From: Candidatus Kaiserbacteria bacterium
Lineage (GTDB): Bacteria > Patescibacteriota > Minisyncoccia > Phycocordibacterales > UBA2100
DNA: 64,000 nucleotides
Reading direction: 5' to 3'
NCBI GenBank assembly: GCA_016186765.1
Contig: JACPLD010000003.1
Span: forward strand, 6,121 to 70,120
The notes below the pieces were generated by a model. It made no database searches. It had not been told where the DNA came from and saw nothing but the letters and a program-made list of their open reading frames with translations. The translations under genes were made by a program, and so were the position numbers. This document shows, in pieces, positions 50,324-59,683 of the stretch (positions are counted from its first letter, which is position 1; each line of letters starts with the position of its first letter).

Positions 50324-52540
50324 CTATTTTACAACTTTTTCAGCTTCCTCAAGTTTTACAGACAACAACTTCGACACTCCATCCTGCCCCATCGTGACGC
50401 CATAGAGCTCGCCTGCAACTGTCATAGTGGCGCGGTTGTGGGTAATGACGATAAGCTGAGATTTTGCCGCGAGTTCGCGAATCATGTCGGCGTAGCGTTT
50501 ACTGTTCGCTTCATCGAGCGCTGCGTCGGTTTCATCGAGAACAAGGAACGGCGGGGGATTCACCTGCGTCATGGAAAAGATAAGGGCGATCGAGGTAAGC
50601 GCCCGTTCGCCGCCAGAGAGCACTTCGAGTCCCTTTATCTTTTTTCTCGGTAGAGAGACAGATATGGTGAGTCCAGCATACAATTCTTCTTCTTCCTGGA
50701 ATTCTTCCTCCTCCCCCACCTCTTCGAGTTCTTTTCGAAATACTCGTCTCGGCTCTTCGATGCGCAAGCGAGCTTCCCCACCGCCGAAAAGTTTGACGAA
50801 GAACCCTTTGAGCGCCTCATTGATGCCCTCGAGTCCCTCGCGGAAGCGCACATCGATTGTCTTTTCGAGCTCTGCAATGATGTCTTTCAGCGATGCGGCA
50901 GACTTCTCTAAATCAACGAGCTCGTGCGCAAGAAATTCGTCGCGCTCCTTCATCTGTTTGAACTCTCTTACTATCTGCTCGCCGCTTCCTACTCCCGACT
51001 CTTCTATCTTGATCTTTAAACGCTCTATCTCTCGCCGTCGCTTCTCCTGCGCACCACGGTCTTCGGAAAGAGCACCAGCAGGGATGCTACCACTCTCCCA
51101 CGCTCGGACAGAGGCGCCGACGAGTACCACTCCCTCGCGCACTTCGTCATCGAAACGCTGACGAGAGACCGCAACATTTGCCCGCGCGGTCTGCACACCC
51201 GAGAGCTTCCCCTGCACCTCGCGCACCGAAACCTCGAGCTCCACGAGGTCGCGCTCGGCCGCGAAGCTCTCCTCACGCGTCTTTGCGATATTCCTTCGCA
51301 AATTCTCAAGCTCCTCTGCAAGCGCGCCTTCCTCCTTCTGCACGCGCTCAAGGGATCGGGAAAGCGTTTCCACCTGCTCCTGCACCTCTTGGTTCGTGAC
51401 CGGCGCTCCTCCTGAAAGCCCCTCGATGAACGACTTGATCCGCCTATTTGCGTCTTTAATGAGATTCATCAGATTAGGCAGGTCATCCATCCTCTCACCA
51501 TCGGACAGCAGCGCCATGAGGTCTCTTGCAAATTGGCGGACGTGCGGCACTGGCACGATTGCCTCCACCGTCACCACATTCGCTTCAAGCGCGCCTTCCG
51601 CCCTCCCGAGCTCGCGAGCAAGCCGTTCGCTCTCGCGGTGCGCCTCCGAAAGTTTGCTCTCCCTCTCTGCAAGTTTTTTCTGCAGTTCTGCGAGCGTACC
51701 GTCTCCTGCACCCTTGCTTGCAGAACGCGCGCGCGAAACGGATTCCGAGAGCTTCCTAAGCTCGGAAGCAAGAGTCTGCTCGATCTCCCGCAGGTGGACG
51801 TCCTCCTGTGTAATCCACGCATTCTCCCTAGCGAGGTAGTCGTTCAGCTTCTCTGCGAGCATCTCCTTCATTTCCCGCACCCTTTCGATTTTCTCCACCT
51901 GCTGCCGCAAAAAATTGAGATGCGGCGCAAGCTCTCTGCGGAGCGATTTAGTTTTATCGATATTGACGGCTGTTTCCTCGAGCTTCCGCTCACTCTCAAC
52001 CTTCTTGTGCTGGTAGAGCTTCAAGCCGAGCGCATCCTCCACCATCTCACGGCGCTCTCTCGGAGAGGCGTTCAAAATCCGATCGGCCTCGCCTTGCGAA
52101 ATGATCTGGTAGCCGCTTCCACCGATGTTTGCACCGGCAAGAAGCCGAATCACATCCTTCAGGCGTACTTGCGTGCCGTTCAGAACGTACTCGTTTTGCC
52201 CATCGCGGTGCACGACACGCTCGATCGCGACTTCGACAAAGTCGATGTCTAAAAGCCGCTTCATGTTGTCGAAGACGACCTTTACCGACGCGCGATTCAT
52301 GCGTGAAAGAGAAGGTGAGCCACCCCATATTAGATCTTCGCCCCTCTTGCTACGCAAACTCTTCATCGACTGCTCTCCAAGCACAAAACGAAATGCCTCC
52401 GCAACGTTCGATTTCCCCGAACCATTGGGACCTACGACGGCGACGATCGGCGAGCCAAATACAAGCTCTGTCTTTTTGCCGAAGGATTTAAATCCTGAAA
52501 GTTCTATCGATTTCAGATACATTGGCTTTAATTGTATCAA
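50324..52540 (-). CDS. smc: SMC-family chromosome segregation ATPase (short, about 738 aa)
   Basis: N-terminal Walker A GPNGSGKSN. C-terminal signature LSGGERALTSIALIF and Walker B LVLDETDAALDE. Long coiled-coil in between. Confidence 0.7.
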   Translation of the reverse strand: MIQLKPMYLKSIELSGFKSFGKKTELVFGSPIVAVVGPNGSGKSNVAEAFRFVLGEQSMKSLRSKRGEDLIWGGSPSLSRMNRASVKVVFDNMKRLLDIDFVEVAIERVVHRDGQNEYVLNGTQVRLKDVIRLLAGANIGGSGYQIISQGEADRILNASPRERREMVEDALGLKLYQHKKVESERKLEETAVNIDKTKSLRRELAPHLNFLRQQVEKIERVREMKEMLAEKLNDYLARENAWITQEDVHLREIEQTLASELRKLSESVSRARSASKGAGDGTLAELQKKLAERESKLSEAHRESERLARELGRAEGALEANVVTVEAIVPVPHVRQFARDLMALLSDGERMDDLPNLMNLIKDANRRIKSFIEGLSGGAPVTNQEVQEQVETLSRSLERVQKEEGALAEELENLRRNIAKTREESFAAERDLVELEVSVREVQGKLSGVQTARANVAVSRQRFDDEVREGVVLVGASVRAWESGSIPAGALSEDRGAQEKRRREIERLKIKIEESGVGSGEQIVREFKQMKERDEFLAHELVDLEKSAASLKDIIAELEKTIDVRFREGLEGINEALKGFFVKLFGGGEARLRIEEPRRVFRKELEEVGEEEEFQEEEELYAGLTISVSLPRKKIKGLEVLSGGERALTSIALIFSMTQVNPPPFLVLDETDAALDEANSKRYADMIRELAAKSQLIVITHNRATMTVAGELYGVTMGQDGVSKLLSVKLEEAEKVVK

Positions 52541-52555
52541 AAAGTTCGAGTCTCA

Positions 52556-52594
52556 GGCTTCAAGCCTGAGACTCGGTTTTCTGTCTCCGCGCAA
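52556..52594 (-). terminator. Rho-independent terminator on the minus strand (perfect 13-bp stem GAGTCTCAGGCTT/AAGCCTGAGACTC followed by a T-run)
   Basis: Perfect palindrome; on the minus strand the hairpin is followed by CTTTTTG. Confidence 0.6.
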
Positions 52595-52608
52595 GAGACG
52601 AAGTGGGC

Positions 52609-52827
52609 TCAGCCGCCGAGGGCGGCTGCGACAATGCCCGAGGCGCGTTCAGCACAGGCGCCAAGAACAACGATCAAACCGGCCGCAACGATCACGACTG
52701 CGATCACATAGCCGGGCGTGTGCTCGACCTTGAGGGCCTCGGAGAACTTCTTCAAGGCCTCGTAGTCTTTGACTGGACTGATGTCCGCATAATCACGGCG
52801 CTTCTTCATCGCCCTCCTCCTTAGCAA
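52609..52827 (-). CDS. hypothetical small membrane protein
   Basis: 72 aa with one C-terminal TM helix. Confidence 0.25.
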   Translation of the reverse strand: MLRRRAMKKRRDYADISPVKDYEALKKFSEALKVEHTPGYVIAVVIVAAGLIVVLGACAERASGIVAAALGG

Positions 52828-52865
52828 AAACGGGACTACCCGCTAGCCCCACTTGTAGATTGCCA

Positions 52866-53573
52866 CTACCAACCCTTAGCTGCAAGAGCTCTCTGTGCAG
52901 CACTCTGTTCAGCTTCCTGCTTGCTTCTCCCCTCGCCTGTGGCGACACGCTCGGCTCCGATGTATGCACCGACCACGAAACGTTTGTCGTGGTCGGGGCC
53001 GGACTGATCCAAGAGTTCATACTTCGGGGTGATGCCCAAAAGGTCCTGCGAGGCCTCCTGCAAACGGCTCTTCGCATCCTGCCAGAGACGCTTTGCGACG
53101 ACCTCGTCGGCCTTGTGGAATACCTGGTCTGCGATAAATCGCTGTGCGGTCGGATACCCGCCGTCAAGGTAGAGTGCGCCTATCAATGCCTCAAACGCAT
53201 TTGCGAGGATTATCTGTCGCGCGCGACCCGTGTCGCGCGCCTCGCCACGGGAGAGAAGGAGGTACTCGTTCATGCCGAGCTTCGTCGCAGCATCAGAAAT
53301 GCTCTGCGTATTCACAAGCGCGGCGCGATACGCCGTGAGGTCGCCCTCCGGCTTATCCGGATACTTTGCGTATAGAAATTCAGTCACCGCGAGTTCAAGA
53401 ACAGCGTCACCCAAGAATTCCAGCCGCTCATTGTGATCGCGCCCGAGCTCGCGGTTCTCGTTGAGATACGAGCGGTGCGTGAACGCCTGCTCCAGTAAGC
53501 GTTGGTTTCTGAAATGATGCCCGATTTTCTTTTCAAATTGAGTGAAATCCATATTCGATAAGCCATTAGCCAC
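52866..53573 (-). CDS. rnc: ribonuclease III
   Basis: RNase III signature ERLEFLGDAVLELAV and a C-terminal dsRBD. Confidence 0.9.
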   Translation of the reverse strand: MANGLSNMDFTQFEKKIGHHFRNQRLLEQAFTHRSYLNENRELGRDHNERLEFLGDAVLELAVTEFLYAKYPDKPEGDLTAYRAALVNTQSISDAATKLGMNEYLLLSRGEARDTGRARQIILANAFEALIGALYLDGGYPTAQRFIADQVFHKADEVVAKRLWQDAKSRLQEASQDLLGITPKYELLDQSGPDHDKRFVVGAYIGAERVATGEGRSKQEAEQSAAQRALAAKGW

Positions 53574-53630
53574 TAGGGTTTAGGGATGAAAAAAACATGA
53601 TGCATTGTACAAGTGGCTATACCCTATTGG

Positions 53631-54542
53631 CTAATTACCTTTCTTGGCGAGGGCATTTATCGCAGGAATGATGATCTTCAAGGTGTCGTCATAAAAGTTC
53701 AAATCTCCGACCGTGGAGAGCGGAAACCACTGCGCATCATCCAAACCGCCAGATGGACCGAGCTTCAGCTCCGTAAACGGCGACTCCGCTAGAAAGTACG
53801 TAACACGTTTCCGCTTCTTGCCACCTTCGACCTTCGAATCGTTCGCAACATACTCGTTGACGCCGAGCTCCTCCTTGATCGTGATATCGAGTCCCATTTC
53901 CTCTTTTATTTCACGCACGGCACCCGCACGGATGTCTTCACCCTCCTCTATCTTGCCCTTAGAAATCGTCCAATGGCCGAAAATGTCGTGCACGAATGCG
54001 AGATACGTCTCACCCTTGTTCTTCGCGTATACGACGGCTCCCGCGAGGTGTTCGGTCGGCATCTTTGCGGGTTTGTCTCCCTCTTTCTTGCGCGTGCCGC
54101 CCTCGTTCTTCCCCGGCTCGCCGAGCTCTATGTAGACAGCGCCCAATACGCCGTTCACAAAGCGTCCCGAGGAAGCGGAGCCGAACGTCTTTGCGAGCTC
54201 GATAGCCTCATTGATTGCTACTTTTGCGGGCACCTGCGTGCGGTCGGCAAAAAGAAGTTCCGCAAGGCCGAGGCGAAGGACATTGCGGTCGATCGCTGCA
54301 ATCTTCTCAAGCGGCCACTCAGGTGCAGCGCGCACGATCACCTCGTCGATTTCTTTTTGCTTTGCAACCGCCGTCTGCAGGAGCTGTTCCATGAACGGCA
54401 TATCGCTCTCGCGCGCGCCGAATTCTTTCGCATACTCGACAAGACGCGAGCGCGCCTCGTCACCCTCGATTTTGCCGCCCGATTGATCGCGCTCGAAAAG
54501 CACTTGGAGCACTACACAGCGAGCTAGGTGTCGGTTGGCCAT
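53631..54542 (-). CDS. nusB: NusB antitermination domain fused to a C-terminal NUDIX hydrolase domain
   Basis: N-terminal roughly 140 aa match NusB (AAIDRNVLRLGLAELLF...PAKVAINEAIELAK..GS..SGRFVNGVLG). The C-terminal half carries the Nudix box GKIEEGEDIRAGAVREIKEEMGL. Confidence 0.6.
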   Translation of the reverse strand: MANRHLARCVVLQVLFERDQSGGKIEGDEARSRLVEYAKEFGARESDMPFMEQLLQTAVAKQKEIDEVIVRAAPEWPLEKIAAIDRNVLRLGLAELLFADRTQVPAKVAINEAIELAKTFGSASSGRFVNGVLGAVYIELGEPGKNEGGTRKKEGDKPAKMPTEHLAGAVVYAKNKGETYLAFVHDIFGHWTISKGKIEEGEDIRAGAVREIKEEMGLDITIKEELGVNEYVANDSKVEGGKKRKRVTYFLAESPFTELKLGPSGGLDDAQWFPLSTVGDLNFYDDTLKIIIPAINALAKKGN

Positions 54543-54596
54543 ATCAGCTCGAAAGATCAGACGAACGAAAGAGCCAGTGATTTCAAGTCCAAAAGA

Positions 54597-54869
54597 TTAT
54601 GACTGGGCGGTTTCCTTTTCCTTATCCTCAGTAATCTGTCCGGATTCGCGGAGTGCTTTTTCACGACGCGTATCACGTCGGGCCTGCCGTTTCGCGCGCG
54701 CGACAATGTCGATGACGATGCGACCGTTGTATTTTCCACAGGATGGGCACGCGCGATGCGGAAGGCGCGCTGCGCCGCACTCGCATTTCACTGTATGGAC
54801 ACCCTCAAGCGCATGATGGCTCCGTCGCTTCGCGGTTTCCGACCTGTTCCGGCGCATTCGCACTACCAT
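54597..54869 (-). CDS. rpmF: 50S ribosomal protein L32
   Basis: RRSHHAL...C.CG...LPHRACPSCGKYNGR. Confidence 0.75.
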   Translation of the reverse strand: MVVRMRRNRSETAKRRSHHALEGVHTVKCECGAARLPHRACPSCGKYNGRIVIDIVARAKRQARRDTRREKALRESGQITEDKEKETAQS

Positions 54870-54892
54870 AGTCTCGCGATTATACAGAAATT

Positions 54893-55486
54893 TCAGCGAA
54901 CAGCAAACTTCTGACTGTACGTCATTCGGTGGATTTCGCAGAGACCAAATCGTCGGATAGCCTCGCGATGGCTTCTCGTTCCATATCCTTTATGCTGTTC
55001 GAAGCCATAGCTCGGGAATTTTTTTGCAAACCTCGTCATGAGCCTATCGCGGGTAACTTTGGCTGCTATTGCCGCAAGCGATATGATTGGAAGCACATCG
55101 TCTCCCCCAACGATCGTTTGTTGATTTTTGAACTCATCCGGTGCCGAGAGGAGGCCGTCGAGAAAGACGTTCGAACGAGAAGGATCGGCACGAAGCATCT
55201 GAAGCGCGCGCTCGATAGCGAATTGCACCGCCATAGTGATCCCCTTCTCGTCTATCATCGAGTGCGGCGCGAACGCGACAGAGAATTTCAAGATTCCTTC
55301 GCGCTGCATTTGTTGCATCAGTCGAAAATATCGCTCGCGCGCGGGCTTTGACATGAGCTTCGAGTCGCGCACCCCTCCAACGAGCGACCAATCAAACCCG
55401 CTCTTCACCATCGCCGCACCGACGGCGACTGGTCCCGCCAGGGGCGCTCGTCCTGCTTCGTCAATGCCGATGAGATACCGCATCAC
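54893..55486 (-). CDS. rnhB: ribonuclease HII
   Basis: LIGIDEAGRAPLAGPV and the DDSK region. Confidence 0.85.
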   Translation of the reverse strand: MMRYLIGIDEAGRAPLAGPVAVGAAMVKSGFDWSLVGGVRDSKLMSKPARERYFRLMQQMQREGILKFSVAFAPHSMIDEKGITMAVQFAIERALQMLRADPSRSNVFLDGLLSAPDEFKNQQTIVGGDDVLPIISLAAIAAKVTRDRLMTRFAKKFPSYGFEQHKGYGTRSHREAIRRFGLCEIHRMTYSQKFAVR

Positions 55487-55550
55487 GTCACATCATAGCA
55501 GAAGGGACCGAACGACGTCGGTCCCTCTGTAAGTCTCGCGAAGTGAGCCG

Positions 55551-55814
55551 TCATACCGGGAGATCAAACTCAATCTCCTCGACGTACCCCTCTTCCGAGA
55601 TGACAGCAACGTAGAACTGGCTCACGCTCAGCGTCACGCCGCCATTTAGCGGCGCGAAGTTGTGGCGCTCAATGACCTGCTCAAGTTCCGCGTCATCCGC
55701 GCCAGCTGCGAGGCGTTCTCGCAGCTCAGCCTCTAGTACTCCAGCCTTTGCTTGACGAGCATTATGCAGCTCGTCGCGCAATAGCGATGTCGCTTCAGCC
55801 ATAGGACTCTCCAT
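55551..55814 (-). CDS. hypothetical small protein
   Basis: 87-aa ORF upstream of rnhB; no motif. Confidence 0.25.
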   Translation of the reverse strand: MESPMAEATSLLRDELHNARQAKAGVLEAELRERLAAGADDAELEQVIERHNFAPLNGGVTLSVSQFYVAVISEEGYVEEIEFDLPV

Positions 55815-55935
55815 TGTCGGATTTCGGCCCCGACTTTACCGCCGCGCGCAGGGCACGGGCAATCTGCTAGAGCTCAATATATCACGCAGCGAAGCCTCAA
55901 ACAACGGAAAAAAACGCGAGTGATATACTTCGTGT

Positions 55936-58900
55936 ATGTCGCGTGATTTTGTCCACCTACACACACATTCGCACTACTCGCTGCTTGAGGCACTGCCAAA
56001 AATTCCCGAGCTCGTTGCTGCAGCGGCGAAAGACGGGCAGAAAGCGCTCGCGCTTACCGACAACGGGAACCTCTACGGTGCAATAGAGTTTTACAAAGAG
56101 TGCAATGAAAACAGCATCAAGCCCATCATCGGCGTTGACTTCCACGTAGCCCCGCGCTCACGCGCACAAAAGGAGCATCGCGTGGACGACCAAACTTCGC
56201 GCCTTGTGCTTCTCGCGAAGAATGAAACGGGATACCGCAATCTCATTCAACTGGTCTCGAAAGCGCATCTCGAAGGCTTCTACTACCGCCCTCGCATCGA
56301 CCGCGAGCTTATCGAGAAGTTCCGGGAGGGCCTCATCGCGATTCTTCCCAGCTACGGTGGCGAGCATGCGCATGCGATCCGCCACGGCTCTGCAGCGTAT
56401 GCCGAAGAAATCATGCACTGGTTCAATATGCTCTTTGGAGAAGATTGCTACGCGGAGATAACGCGCCATCCGGAGATCGTAGAGCACGAAGAGCAGATGC
56501 AAGATATCGTCGCGCGTGCGAAAGCGGTAGGAGTCCCGCTCGTTGCAGCGCACGATGTCTACTACCTTTTGCCCGAAGACTTGCTCGCATGCGATCTTGT
56601 CAACAAAATCCGGACGGGCGGGGCACTCAACCGCGATGCAGAAACCACGCTGCGCAACTTTTCTTTTATTCCCCGCGCGCGCGCGGCGGAGCTGTTCGCC
56701 GATCTGCCCGATGCGCTCGAAAATACTCTGAAGATCGCAGAAGCGTGCGGCCTGCGACTAACCTTGGGAAAAGCCATCCTTCCACACTTCCCCATTGCAG
56801 AGCATTCGACGCACAACGAGGAATTGAGAGCGCTCGCAGAGAGCGGAATCCCCTTGAGAGAACTCTCCGACACCCCGGAGTTGCGAGCTCGACTCGAGTA
56901 TGAGCTCGATATCATCGGCAAGAAGGGCTATGCGTCTTACTTCCTGATCGTCGCGGATCTCCTCCGACACGCGCGGGAACGCGGCATCTACACCAACACG
57001 CGCGGCTCCGCCGCTGGCTCCCTTGTTTCCTACCTCTGCGGCATCACGACGGTTGATCCAATCAAATTCCAAATGCCGTTCGAGCGCTTTCTCAATCCCG
57101 AGCGGCCTTCCGCGCCCGACATTGATATGGACATCGCCGACGACCGCCGCGACGAATTGATTGAGTATGTGCGTCACAAGTACGGAGAAGATAGAGTGGC
57201 ACAGATTGGCACCTTTGGCACGATGATGGCACGCGCTGCTGTGCGCGATGTCGCGCGGGCACTCGGCCACCCCTACGGATTGGGCGACACGATCGCGAAG
57301 CTCATCCCTTTCGGCAAACAGGGCTTCCCCGTTTCTATCAAGAGCGCGCTCGAGAGCACGCCAGAGCTCGCGCAAATCTATAAGAGCGATGCCGCGAGCC
57401 GTGAGATCCTCGATCTCGCGCAAAAGGTCGAGGGCAACGCGCGACACGTCGGCGTGCACGCAGCGGGAGTCGTTATCGCGCCCTCACCGGTCACCGACTT
57501 CTCGCCTATCCAGCTCGATCCCAAAGGCGGAAAAACGATCACGCAGTACGATATGTACTCGATAACCGATGAATATGGGGGAGTCGGACTCCTCAAATTT
57601 GACCTTCTCGGACTCACCAACCTCTCCGTCCTCTCAGACGCCGTGAATCGCGTCCGCGAGCGCCTTGGCATTGAGATTGATCTCGATCGCCTCCCCCTCG
57701 ATGATGAGAAAACATACGCGATGCTTTCAAGCGGGCAGACGCATGGCGTTTTCCAGCTTTCAGGCGGCGGTATGACGAGCTACCTCACAAACCTTGAGCC
57801 CTCGACCATCCACGATATCAACGCGATGGTCGCCCTCTACCGCCCAGGCCCGATAGCCTTCATCCCCGCGTACATCGAACGCAAAAAGAACCCGAAACTC
57901 ATCCGCTACCTTGATCCGCGCATGGAGCCGATCCTCAAAAATTCATACGGCGTCATCGTCTACCAAGACGATGTCTTGGAGATCGCAATAAAGCTTGCGG
58001 GCTACAGCTGGCTCGAAGCTGATAAATTCCGCAAGGCGATGGGGAAAAAGATCCCCGCAGAAATGCGCGCGCAAAAGGAAAAGTTCACGAGCGGCTGCGT
58101 GAAGCACGGGATGAAGAAGGATGTGGCGCAAAGACTATGGGAGCAGATCGAAACCTTCGCAGCGTATGGCTTCAATAAGGCGCATGCTGCAAGTTATGGC
58201 AATCTCGCCTACAAAACGGCATACATGAAGGCGAATTTTCCGGTGCACTACATGGCGGCACTTCTCACGGCAGACGCGGGCGACGTGGATAAGACCGCAG
58301 AGACGGTGCAAGAGTGTAAACGAATGGGGATCTCGGTCTTGCCTCCATCGGTCAACGAGAGTCGAGGCGACTTTACGGTCATAGGTGACACAAGTATTCG
58401 TTTCGGTCTCTATTCCATAAAAAACTTCGGCCGCGGCGTCGCCAACTCCATCGTTGCCGCCCGCCTTCGCTCCGCCGAAGCTCGCAAGAGCGAAGGCGAG
58501 CTTCCCGGAGCTTCGGCGAGGCAAGCACGCGAAGGTCCGTTCAAGGACATCGCCGACTTCCTTTCCCGTGTCCCCGACAAGAACCTCAACAAGAAACAGC
58601 TCGAGTCGCTCGTCCAATCAGGCGCGCTCGACGAGCTCGGAGAGCGCGGTGCGCTCCTCTCAAACATCGACCTCCTTTTGAATTACCATCGCGAGCACAT
58701 GAAGGCCCCCTCGGACCAGGGATCGCTCTTCTCCTCGGCTTCGCTTGGGGTACGTGGTGCGCTGCCACTCAAACTACTCGCTGGAAAACAAGCGACGCTC
58801 GAAGAGCGGCTCGCATGGGAAAAAGAGCTGCTCGGCCTCTATGTTTCAGGTCATCCCCTAGACAAGTACAAGGCGAAGTTTGCTAACCCCAAGAAAACCA

Positions 58901-59172
58901 TCAGGCACGCTAAGGAGCATTTGCGCGGCGTAGAGACGGTCATCGCAGGATTCGTCGAGACTAGCCGCGTCAACATGACAAAGAATGGCGAGCGAATGGG
59001 CTTTCTGAAGATAGCAGATTTCTCTGATGCGATCGAAGTGGTCGCATTTCCTCGCACGTTCAAGGAGTATGAATCTCTCATGGCACCAGGCACATGCATT
59101 GTGATCAAAGGAAAAATCTCGGAGAGAAATGGCGAGCCAAGTTTCGTGGTTGAGCGCGCGAAAGCGCTCTAA
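55936..59172 (+). CDS. dnaE: DNA polymerase III alpha subunit
   Basis: PHP domain FVHLHTHSHYSLLEA, polymerase core, and a C-terminal OB fold. Confidence 0.95.
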   Translation: MSRDFVHLHTHSHYSLLEALPKIPELVAAAAKDGQKALALTDNGNLYGAIEFYKECNENSIKPIIGVDFHVAPRSRAQKEHRVDDQTSRLVLLAKNETGYRNLIQLVSKAHLEGFYYRPRIDRELIEKFREGLIAILPSYGGEHAHAIRHGSAAYAEEIMHWFNMLFGEDCYAEITRHPEIVEHEEQMQDIVARAKAVGVPLVAAHDVYYLLPEDLLACDLVNKIRTGGALNRDAETTLRNFSFIPRARAAELFADLPDALENTLKIAEACGLRLTLGKAILPHFPIAEHSTHNEELRALAESGIPLRELSDTPELRARLEYELDIIGKKGYASYFLIVADLLRHARERGIYTNTRGSAAGSLVSYLCGITTVDPIKFQMPFERFLNPERPSAPDIDMDIADDRRDELIEYVRHKYGEDRVAQIGTFGTMMARAAVRDVARALGHPYGLGDTIAKLIPFGKQGFPVSIKSALESTPELAQIYKSDAASREILDLAQKVEGNARHVGVHAAGVVIAPSPVTDFSPIQLDPKGGKTITQYDMYSITDEYGGVGLLKFDLLGLTNLSVLSDAVNRVRERLGIEIDLDRLPLDDEKTYAMLSSGQTHGVFQLSGGGMTSYLTNLEPSTIHDINAMVALYRPGPIAFIPAYIERKKNPKLIRYLDPRMEPILKNSYGVIVYQDDVLEIAIKLAGYSWLEADKFRKAMGKKIPAEMRAQKEKFTSGCVKHGMKKDVAQRLWEQIETFAAYGFNKAHAASYGNLAYKTAYMKANFPVHYMAALLTADAGDVDKTAETVQECKRMGISVLPPSVNESRGDFTVIGDTSIRFGLYSIKNFGRGVANSIVAARLRSAEARKSEGELPGASARQAREGPFKDIADFLSRVPDKNLNKKQLESLVQSGALDELGERGALLSNIDLLLNYHREHMKAPSDQGSLFSSASLGVRGALPLKLLAGKQATLEERLAWEKELLGLYVSGHPLDKYKAKFANPKKTIRHAKEHLRGVETVIAGFVETSRVNMTKNGERMGFLKIADFSDAIEVVAFPRTFKEYESLMAPGTCIVIKGKISERNGEPSFVVERAKAL

Positions 59173-59225
59173 ATTTGACGCCCGGCTGTTTTTAGGTTAG
59201 AAAAAAGACCGCTGGTTCCCAATCA

Positions 59226-59600
59226 ATGCAAAGGAGACAACGGATGCCACAAACTAGAGCGTCGATTCTCAAAGGCTGCGGCAAGGCTGTCCGGTCGGTT
59301 TACGCCAACGGAAAAGTATCCGAAGCCGACCGAAACAACCTCGAACGAGGCCACCAACTCCTGTTCGGCCTGATCAGAAACTTGGCGAGCGAGACGCCGA
59401 AGTATCGACTTCAAATCGAACGCGCGCTACAAGATGTGCATCCGCGGACCGATTATTGCATTGCGATGTTGATCCGCGACATCGCCGACGTTTGTGTCAC
59501 CCTGAACCGACTTCGAGCGGGTGGCGGCCGCTCAGTCGAATCGAAGGTGGTTGATGCTTCTGCACTCTGCATCCACCTCGGCTACGAGTTTAGGGCTTGA
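59226..59600 (+). CDS. hypothetical protein
   Basis: 124-aa ORF preceded by an AAGGAGA ribosome-binding site. Confidence 0.3.
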   Translation: MQRRQRMPQTRASILKGCGKAVRSVYANGKVSEADRNNLERGHQLLFGLIRNLASETPKYRLQIERALQDVHPRTDYCIAMLIRDIADVCVTLNRLRAGGGRSVESKVVDASALCIHLGYEFRA

Positions 59601-59683
59601 ATTGTCGGCCTCGCGCAAACGAAGGCGGCGAGCGTTTCGCTCTCGCCTTCGTTTTTTTGGAAAACTTGCTACTATCCACTGTT

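Noticed and set aside
59597-59683. TTG-initiated 5' extension of thrS given in the ORF track
   Set aside because: The extension encodes a hydrophobic non-homologous peptide overlapping the upstream ORF's end. An ATG at 59684 begins the conserved region.
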